A stretch of DNA of 64,000 nucleotides. Source: Carcharhinus amblyrhynchos (lineage: Eukaryota). The stretch covers positions 50,406,001 through 50,470,000 of the forward strand of contig OZ336879.1 in assembly GCA_965287045.1 (NCBI GenBank). Reading direction: 5' to 3'. Shown here one piece after another: positions 54,481 to 64,000 of this stretch. Position 1 is the first letter of the stretch, and every line of letters begins with the position of its first letter. A model generated the notes under the pieces. That model searched no databases. It was not told the DNA's origin and saw only the letters and a program-made list of their open reading frames with translations. Position numbers and translations under genes: made by a program.

Positions 54481-56518
54481 TAGAACATAGAAATGTACAG
54501 CACAGTACAGTCTCTTCAGCCCTCAGTTTTGTGCCCAGCTTTGTTCGAAACAAAGATCAAGCTATCCTACTCCCTATCATTCTGGTGTGCTCCATGTGCC
54601 TATCCAATAATCGCTTGAAAGTTCCTAAAGTGTCCGACTCCACTATCACAGCAGGCAGTCTGTTCCATACTCCAACCACTCACTGAGTAAAGAACCTGCC
54701 TCGGACATCCCTCCTATATCTCCCACCATGAACCTTATACTTAGCCCCCTAGTAACATCTACATTCATCCGAGGAAATAGCCTGAACGTCCACTCTATCT
54801 ATCCCCCTCATCATCTAATAGACCTCTATTAAGTCACCTCTTATCCTCCTTCACTCTAAAGAGAAAGCCCTAGCTCCCTCAACTTTTCCTCATGAAACCT
54901 ACTCTCCAAACCAGGCAGCATCCTGGTAAAACTCCTCTGCACTCTTTCCAATGCTTCCACATCCTTCTTATAGTGAGGTGACCAGAACTGCATGCAATAT
55001 TCCAAACTCCTGTACAGTTGCAGCATAGCCCCATGGCTCTTAAGCTCAAACCCTGTTAATAGACGCTAACACACCATAGGTCTTCTTCACGGCTCTATTC
55101 ACTTCAGTGGCAACCTTCAGAGATCTGTGGATGTGAACAACAAGATCTGTCTGTTCCTATACATTCCTCAGAACCCTGCCATTGACCCTTAACCTGCATT
55201 CAAATTTGTCCAATCAAAATGAATCACCTTGCACTTATCGGGGTTAAACTCCATCTGCCACTTTTTGGCCAAGCTCTGCATCCTATCAATGTTCTTTTCC
55301 AGCCTACAACAGCCCTCCACCACATCAATCTTGGTGTCATCAGCAAGTTTACTAACACACCTTTCAGCCCCCTCCTCCAAGTCATTGATAAAAGTCACAA
55401 ATAGCAGAGGACCAGCACTGATCCCTGTGGTACACCGCTGGTAACTGGTCTCCAAACTGAAAATTTGCCATCTACCACCACCGTCTGTCTTTTATGAGAT
55501 AGCCAGTTACTTATCCAATCGGCCAAATTTCCCTCTATCCCACACCTCCTTACTTTCTTCGTGAGCCTACCATGCGGAACCTTATCAAACGCCTTATTAA
55601 AATCCATGTAAGCAACATCAACTGCTCTACCTTCACCTACACACTTAGTTACCACCTCAAAGAATTCAATCAAATTTGTGAGGCAAGACTTACCCTTCAC
55701 GAATCCGTGCTGACTATCCCGGATTAAGCTACAGCTTTCTAAATGGTCATAAATCCTATCTCTCAGGACATTTTCCATTAACTTACCAACCACCAAAGTA
55801 AGACTAACCTGCCTATAATTACCAGGGTCATTCCTATTTCCTTTCTTGAACAGAGGAACACCATTCGCCACTCTCCAGTCCTCAGGCACCATCCCCGTGG
55901 ACAGTGAGGACCCAAAGATCAAAGCCAAAGTCTCTGCAATCTCATCTCTTGCCTCCCAGAGAATCCTAGGAGATATCCCATCTGGCCCAGGGGACTTATC
56001 AACTCTCAGGTTCTTCAAAATTCCTAACACAAGTTCCCTCAGAACATCTACCTCCTCCATCCTATCAGCCTGTATCACACACTCATCCTCAGAAACATGG
56101 CCCCTCTCCTTGGTAAACGTTGAAGAAAAGTATTCATTCATCGCCTCTCCTATCTCTTCTAAATCCATGCACAAGTTCCCACTACTATCCCTAACTGGCC
56201 TTAACTTCACCCTGGTCATTCTTTTATTTCTCACATCAGAGTAAAAAGCCTTGGGATTTTCCTTTATCCAACTCACCAAGGATTTCTCATGCCCCCTTCT
56301 AGCACTCCTAAGCCCTTTTTTCAGCTCATTCCTACCTACGTTGTAACCCTCAAGCGACCCAACTGAACCGTGTTTTCTCATCCTTACATACGCTCCCTTT
56401 ATCCTCTTGACAAGACATTCAACCACTTTTATGAAACATGTTTCCCTCACTCGGCCATTTCCTCAGGCAACACAAGCAGTATTTGTTCCTTGAACAGACT
56501 CCACATTACCTTTGTGCT
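54478..56518 (-). mobile_element. 5'-truncated CR1 LINE with frameshifted reverse transcriptase, inserted in the satellite
   Basis: ORF 55395-56450: KSPGPDGI, PGNYR.VSLT, QHGFVKGKSCLTNL, YMDFNKAFDKVPH, SGVPQGSVL; then a frameshift to GPLLF..FINDL...SKLADDTK; catagaacatagaa tail at 54479. Confidence 0.93.
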
Positions 56519-59311
56519 TTTATACACTGTTTCATTTATACATTGCAGCTGATGTTGCACTCACTGTTATACACTGCAGCTGATGCTGCACTCATTGTTA
56601 TACACTGCAACTGATGTTGCACTCACTGTTAGACACTGCAGCTGATACTGCACTCACTGTTACACACTGCAGCTGATACTGCACTCGTTGTTACACACTG
56701 CAGCTGTTACCTCGCTCACTGTTATACACTGCAGCTGATACTGTGTTCACAGTTATACACTTCAGCTGATACCTCACTCACTGTTATACATTGCAGCTAA
56801 TACTGCACTCACTGTTATACACTGCAGCTGATATTGCACTCACTGTTATACACTGCAGCTGATACTGCACTCACTGTTATACACTGCAGCTGACACTGCA
56901 CTCACTGTTAGACACTGCAGCTGATACTGCACTCACTGTTATACACTGCAGCTGATATTGCACTCACTGTTAGACACTGCAGCTGATACTGCACTCACTG
57001 TTAGACACTGCAGCTGATACTGCACTCACTGTTAGACACTGCAGCTGATACTGCGTTCACTGTTATACACTTCAGCTGATACCTCACTCACTGTATTACA
57101 CTGAAGCTGATACTGCACTCACTGTTATACACTGCAGCTGATACTGCGTTCACTGTTATACACTGCAGCTGATACTGCACTCACTGTTATACACTATAAC
57201 TGTAACCTCACTCACTGTTATACACTGCAGCTGATACTGCACTCACTGTTATACACTGCAGCTGATACTGCACTCACTGTTATACACTGCAGCTGATGCT
57301 GCACTCATTGTTATACACTGCAACTGATGTTGCACTCACTGTTACACACTGCAGCTGATACTGCACTCGTTGTTACACACTGCAGCTGTTACCTCGCTCA
57401 CTGTTATACACTGCAGCTGATACTGTGTTCACAGTTATACACTTCAGCTGATACCTCACTCACTGTTATACATTGCAGCTAATACTGCACTCACTGTTAT
57501 ACACTGCAGCTGATATTGCACTCACTGTTATACACTGCAGCTGATACTGCACTCACTGTTATACACTGCAGCTGACACTGCATTCACTGTTAGACACTGC
57601 AGCTGATACTGCACTCACTGTTATACACTGCAGCTGATATTGCACTCACTGTTAGACACTGCAGCTGATACTGCACTCACTGTTAGACACTGCAGCTGAT
57701 ACTGCACTCACTGTTAGACACTGCAGCTGATACTGCGTTCACTGTTATACACTTCAGCTGATACCTCACTCACTGTATTACACTGAAGCTGATACTGCAC
57801 TCACTGTTATACACTGCAGCTGATACTGCGTTCACTGTTATACACTGCAGCTGATACTGCACTCACTGTTATACACTATAACTGTAACCTCACTCACTGT
57901 TATACACTGCAGCTGATACTGCACTCACTGTTATACACTGCAGCTGATACTGCACTCACTGTTATACACTACAACTGATACTGCACTCACTGTTACACAC
58001 TGCAGCTGATACTGCACTCACTGTTATACACTGCAGCTAACACTGCACTCACTGTTAGACACTGCAGCTGATACTGCACTCACTGTTAGACACTGCAGCT
58101 GATACTGCACTCACTGTTAGACACTGCAGCTGATACTGCACTCACTGTTAGACACTGCAGCTGATACTGCACTCACTGTTAGACACTGCAGCTGATACTC
58201 TGTTCACAGTTATACACTTCAGCTGATACCTCACTCACTGTTATGCACTGCAGCTGATATCTCACTCACTGTTATACACTGCAGCTGATACTGCACTCAC
58301 TGTTAGACACTGCAGCTGATACTGCACTCACTGTTATACACTGCAGCTGATACTGCACTCACTGTTATACACTACAACTGATACTGCACTCACTGTTACA
58401 CACTGCAGCTGATACTGCACTCACTGTTATACACTGCAGCTGATACTGCACTCACTGTTATACACTGCAGCTGATACTGCACTCACTGTTGTACACTACA
58501 ACTGATACTGCACGCACTGTTACACACTGCAGCTGATACTGCACTCACTGTTATACACTACAACTGATACTGCACTCACTGTTAGACACTGCAGCTGATA
58601 CTGCGTTCACTGTTATACACTGCAGCTGATACTGCACTCACTGTTATACACTGCAGCTGATACTGCACTCACTGTTAGACACTGCAGCTGATACTGCACT
58701 CACTGTTATACACTGCAGCTGATACTGCACTCACTGTTATACACTTCAGCTGATACCTCACTCACTGTTATACACTGCAACTGATACTGCACTCACTGTT
58801 ATACACTACAACTGATACTGCACTCACTGTTATACACTGCAGCTGATACTGCACTCACTGTTATACACTGCAGCTGATACTGCACTCACTGTTATACACT
58901 ACAACTGATACTGCACTCACTGTTACACACTGCAGCTAATACTGCACTCACTGTTAGACACTGCAGCTGATACTGCACTCACTGTTAGACACTGCAGCTG
59001 ATACTGCACTCACTGTTAGACACTGCAGCTGATACTGCACTCACTGTTAGACACTGCAGCTGATACTCTGTTCACAGTTATACACTTCAGCTGATACCTC
59101 ACTCACTGTTATGCACTGCAGCTGATATCTCACTCACTGTTATTCACTGCAGCTGATGTCTCACTCACTGTTAGACACTGCAGCTGATATTGTACTCACT
59201 GTTATACACTGCAGCTGTTACTGCACTCACTGTTATACACTGCAGCAATACTGCACTCACTGTTATTCACTGCAGCTGATATTACACTCACTGTTATACA
59301 CTGTAGCTGAT
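56519..59311. repeat. 31-bp satellite, right arm (~90 copies)
   Basis: Same unit; internal 682-bp and 868-bp recurrences of variant blocks. Confidence 0.97.
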
Positions 59312-60387
59312 TGTGCTCTATGCCATTATCACTACCTCCATGATCCCCCTCCCATACCGACCCCCTGTCCCACATTGGGGCTTTCTTTATTGGCTGTGAG
59401 CCACAACCTGTTTACCTGTTGTGATGGTACATGCCCAGCTATGTGTATTCTTCCTCCAGGTGAGGCTATGGATGTTGTCAGAGTTCCTGGTACAACTGCT
59501 GAGCTGCTGGTCCTCTGGTTGAGCTGGCGTGTCTTAGGGGTAGGCCACCATCTTTAGTTTGATTTCAAGGTTTGGGGAATCCGCTGAATTTGCTGGCTGT
59601 AGATTGTGCCTCCAGGGCCCACTGTCAGATGATGCGTTGTTGGCTTCAGCTTTCAGCCCCAGGCATTTATCCATCCACAAAAACCTCTTTGCCTTTATTA
59701 TCCTGCAGTATTCAGTCATGATTTCAAACCCTTTGTATCATCTCTTTCCATGATCTGTATTGCTCTAGAAGATTAGGGCTGGGATTCTCCCAAAAAAAAC
59801 TAAGTGTCCAACATTCAGGAAATTGGGAGTTATTCCCACATGTTTTTTGGATGTACTTAGTGGAATGCTGAAGTGGTCCATTGTCTCAGATTGATATGTT
59901 TTCCCTGGAATGTTTTCCCCCAAAGGCAATGAGGAAGGAGGGAGGTGGGCTTGTTTTGAGACTGATACCTGATCCCTTCCCACCTCCACCAGAAATAAGT
60001 TCTGAGAGGGAAGATCCTTTGACAATCTTCCCACCGCACCTCCCTTAAATGGCAAATGAATGATAACCTTGTCCTGTCTCCACTGCTTGTCTTTTCAGTT
60101 GCAGGTGAGGCTTGCACAGCTGTAAAATTGTGTAGCCTGCATGTTAGCTGAGATTGTGGGGGTGGGGGCAGGTCCTTTTGATCTGCACTAACCTGTGGAC
60201 ATGGAGCGGGTTGCAGCTGCTGACAACCACCCTGTGGACTCCCATGACATCCTTCTTCCTCTGATCCCCAAGCCTCTCCTGACAGTGTCTACCATTTTCC
60301 TGGGTCTCTCTGACAAACTCTGTGGTGCTACTGAGTGCAAGTATTGCTAGCACCTGAGTGACCAGCAGCTCCTTGATTGTCTCTGGG

Positions 60388-60598
60388 TTATCAGTTTAGA
60401 TGTGGAGATGCCGGCGTTGGACTGGGATAAACACAGTAAGAAGTCTCACAACACCAGGTTAAAGTCCAACAGGTTTATTTGGTAGCAAACACCACTAGCT
60501 TTCAGAACACCGCCCCTTCGTCAGGTGAGTGGGCTACCAAATAAATCTGTTGGACTTAAACCTGGTGTTGTGAGACTTCTTACTGTGTTTATCAGTTT
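60388..60598. mobile_element. Penelope-like micro-insertion with inverted repeat and 10-bp direct flanks
   Basis: TTATCAGTTT at 60388-60397 and 60589-60598; 60426-60486 is the reverse complement of 60533-60593. Confidence 0.85.
60493..60527 (-). ncRNA. Minimal type-I hammerhead ribozyme motif (PLE-associated)
   Basis: Minus strand reads CAC-CUGACGA-A-GGGGC-GGU-GUUCU-GAAA-G-C-UA-GUG: conserved core, stem II paired with G-U wobbles, stem I CAC/GUG, palindromic AGCU mini stem III. Confidence 0.6.
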
Positions 60599-61309
60599 TG
60601 AGGCAGATCTGCCACTATCCACTTAACCACCTGATGGGAAGAAAATTGCTGGGCCTTCCATCTAGAATCAGTGTGGATATCTTGATGTTTTTACAGGCAG
60701 GGAAACACACCGAGGACAGAAAATTCCACCCATGATGTGCAGCATATACTCATTGTACTGGGTCTCAATTAATGGACTTGATCCCAGATTCCCCAAGCCT
60801 GGTATGTTGCAGGGAATTAATCCTTTTGGGCTGAAACAACAGCAGCGGTGTACCATTAAAGAAGCAGTAATCTCCTCAACCAAATAGCCCAATGCAACAC
60901 GCACTCCAACACCTTCCTTAATTCTGATAAAATCCACTGTTACCAAATGCACTACACCAATTGAGTAAGTGTGATCATTGATTCCCTGCTTTTGCAGAAC
61001 AATGAAGTTGCATTTGATTTCCCTCCGCCTCTCTTAGAAATCTCACAACACCAGAATATAAAAACAGATTTAATTTTTCAAACATTGTAAGTCTGTGGCC
61101 CCGAAAATACATTGCCAAATTATAATATCGACATAATATTGCAGTTATTCTAGTCCTCCAACTTCAGTACTGGGGTTTTTCTAATTAAATATTCAGTAAG
61201 ATATAGGGGTCAAAAATCTGCGGCCCAGCATAAAGCCCACTAGTGTTTACCCTAACAATGTTGGCAGATTGGGTGGAGTCACCTTGCCTGCAAAATGTTG
61301 GCAGACATA

Positions 61310-61429
61310 GAGGGGGATTTTCTGCCCTGCCCACCACAGGAATCGGGGGAGATGGACCATGGAAAGGTCTGTTGACCTCAGGTGGGATTTTCCCATTTTG
61401 GGGTGAGTGCAGCCAGAAAATCTCACCCA
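61310..61429. mobile_element. Short MITE-like element (~120 bp)
   Basis: GAGGGGGATTTTCTG ... CAGAAAATCTCACCC inverted termini. Confidence 0.55.
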
Positions 61430-63329
61430 TCATGTCATTAGGGGCACACCTCGAGGACCCCAAGGAAGCAGGTTGGTACACCTGTTCCCATTCAGCATTC
61501 TGGTTAGTTTGTGCTCTGTCAGTCTGGGGATGAAGCGACTCCTAGCCTGCGAATAACCACCCTCAGCCGCACACTCACATTGCCACTGACCACTCCCAAC
61601 ATGACCCAGTGGAAGTAAACCTGACATAGCTAATCTGATTCAGAGTCCTTCTTTGAGACAGTGCCAAAAGGGATGAAGGTGTTCATCCTCATTTAGTTTT
61701 CCCCATTTTGATTCTTTTTTAAAATTAAGGCTATTTTTACTTTTGTTTGTGCCCATTACTTTATGAGGGTGGGGGGGGGGGGGGGGGGGGGGGCTTCTTC
61801 CATGTTGAGTGCTGACCACCAATGCATTGCATTGCTGTTGTCTTTCTGCTAGCTTCTCTCTTCAATGTAGACTGAGAGGATTGGAACTTTCCCTGAACTG
61901 TAAACCACTTTAAATCTTCTCAGGAGCCATTTCGCCTGTGGATGTGATTAGTTTTAGTAATTTCACCTTCCTCCAGGTTAAATCCAATCTTCACCAAACA
62001 AAATATTTATGATACAAGCAACAAAGTTCTTCCATGTTTAGTGGCTAGGAATCAGAGAACCCCAGACAAAATCTTTGTGTGATGGCATTGAAAACATGAC
62101 AGTATTTTGAAACCCTTGGGAATCTTTTAATATCACTCATGTCACAGTCCTTTGAGAGTAAAGCATTTACATGGAGAACATGGTATTTACTCTCCCAAGG
62201 CAGTACATTTTATATTTTATAAGAGAGAAAATCCGCAGGACTGCAGCTAAAGAGGCAAAGGATTTTTTGTATGTATTTATTCAACCAGCAATGGATTACA
62301 GAGTAGCTTATGACTAATTGATCATAGAAACTGAATTCATCCTCTCAGTGCTCAGGACAGTTATGCAATAGGCAGAATGCAGACTAATATGCCTATAAAA
62401 TTCATCTTTGCAATTTAGGGATTAATTTCTAAAGGTTTTAAATGAAGCCATCAATATAAAACAACACTGCACAGCAAAATAAGTACGAGTGCATTAATCT
62501 TTAACTAGCTTCTGCTGAAGGACTTTGTTTTGTATAACAGCGCTGTCGGGTTGGTAACATTTTCTGTCCATAAATCTACATTTCCTAGGGGTAGCTGTAA
62601 ACCAGCCGTGCAGTGGACAGCTGGCAAGTGACATTTTAGAGGTTTATCAGGGAAGTTATGGATCGCTGTTTCACATAATAATACAGCATGATAATGTGAC
62701 ATTATTCCGACAACGCGCGATTAACTGCTGATTCAGTTTTGTTCTTGACCTGTAAGGTGGTGTGGGTGGGGTGAACTGCAGCATTTCCTCCAGTTACTCC
62801 CTAACTTCCTCTGGTCAACTTAATTTTACTGACTGATTTTTCTAATTTTTTGGAATCTCTTTTGTCCTCAAGATGAGAACTCTATATTATAATTGGAATG
62901 TTTTTCAAGCTTTTTTGCCATAGGTTTGTATATTGTCTGAATATAGGGGTTTTATCATGAAGTGTGCTGAAGCCAATCAAATTTACTTGTAGTCTGTATT
63001 GCTTGTAGTTTTTGAACTTGTCCCATCAGAAAGTGAGACTGTAAATTACAAATCTTATGGTGCGTTTTTGACCTAAGGGAGGTGAAATGAGGCATTGTGC
63101 GAATGCAAAAGGGCAGTACCACATCTGGAACTGATCATATTCCCTGTCCAATCTTCAGTCCCAATATTGGGTAGCACTTATAACAGGTAACAGATGCAAT
63201 AGTAACTGCTTTGTTTCCCCAGAAAGTCAAATCTCAGTCCCAAGCTCTTGAGCTGAAATCATGCTGTGATATTATTAAGAAATATGTTAATCATTCTCTT
63301 GAAATTTGTTTTGTTATGATTTTAACAAA

Positions 63330-63657
63330 GGGTAGCATGGTAGCACAGTGGTTAGCACTGCTGCCTCACAGCGCCAGGGACCCAGGTTCAATTCTGGCTT
63401 GGGGTGGCTGTCTGTGTGGAGTATGCACATTCTCCCAGTGTCTGCGTGGGTTTCCTCTGAGTGTATTGTTTTCTTCCCACAGTCCAAAGATGAGCAGGTT
63501 TGGTTGATTAGCCATGCTAAATTGACCATGGTGTCGGGGGATTAGTAGAGTAAATATGTGGGGTTACGGGAATAGGGCCTGGGTGGGGTTGTGGTCAGTG
63601 CAAACTTGATGGACTGAATGGCCTCCTTTGGCACTGTAGGGATTCTATGATTCTATG
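63330..63657 (+). mobile_element. Full-length HE1-like V-SINE
   Basis: A-box TAGCACAGTGG, B-box GGTTCAATTC, core tctgcgtgggtttcctc...cccacagtccaaagatg, CR1-type tail gaatggcctcct...(gattctat)n; HE1 is an established shark SINE sharing its 3' end with the HER1 LINE. Confidence 0.9.
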
Positions 63658-64000
63658 TAAAATAAATAGGTTATCATTACAATGAAGAAATATGATAACA
63701 ATGGGGCAACATATTCGCTACACATGTTACACAGCATGATTTTAGACCCACTAACTTAAAAGATTTTTCAAGATATTTTATGTAGATATTCAGTTGCATT
63801 ATGCAAAATAGAAGCAACAGTTAAATTGTTCAGTGCAATTTCCCAAATAACTTTCAAATAATTTTTCAATATACTTCAGTTAACCAACTTGAGAAGTGCC
63901 TCAAGGTTCATGTGCTGTATTTGATTCTCTTCAGTTAGGCATCTTAAATCATGCTTATGTGATTATGCATAGATTGGTGGTGAATATTCTATCTTCCAAT

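Larger units (their letters stand above)
59777..60731. mobile_element. Degraded non-autonomous DNA-transposon-like sequence
   Basis: Begins GGGCTGGGATTCTCC and a similar inverted motif AGAAAATTCCACCC ends near 60731; boundaries uncertain. Confidence 0.35.

Noticed and set aside
52932-59311. CRISPR-like array of ~30-bp repeats next to a reverse transcriptase ORF
   Set aside because: Units are head-to-tail with no unique spacers, no cas genes, the DNA is vertebrate, and the RT is a frameshifted CR1 LINE insertion.
61771-61793. Poly-G run (and poly-C at ~18396-18413)
   Set aside because: Simple homopolymers of uncertain length; the derived poly-Pro/Gly ORFs are artefacts.
63330-63400. tRNA gene (A/B boxes)
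   Set aside because: tRNA-derived SINE head continuing into V-domain and LINE tail; no proper cloverleaf. The same applies to 10930, 47474 and 49400.

Overview
Vertebrate (shark/elasmobranch-type) genomic DNA covering the 5' end of the metabotropic glutamate receptor 5 gene (GRM5, + strand). The only host coding sequence is the first coding exon: ATG at 26128, phase-1 donor after 26806, probable acceptor at 25939/25940. It lies in a broad CpG-retaining domain (~14.3-26.9 kb) with a candidate promoter and non-coding first exon near 14.6-15.1 kb, and is followed by >37 kb of intron with no further exon. The rest is mostly transposon debris: CR1 (HER1-like), L2 and RTE LINE fragments, HE1-like V-SINEs and a second tRNA-SINE family, Gypsy LTR remnants, MITE-like elements, and Penelope-like element (PLE) pieces carrying minimal hammerhead-ribozyme cores. 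There are also three tandem arrays (17 bp, ~39 bp, and a 31-bp satellite split by a CR1 insertion). I see no convincing new protein system. The best leads are the PLE hammerhead micro-insertions with inverted ends and target-site duplications, a 650-bp intronic foldback, an unusual Pro->Ser change in the conserved RVVPSD motif of GRM5, stacked uORFs, and higher-order structure in the E-box-rich satellite. All family assignments are from recognition by eye, not database searches.
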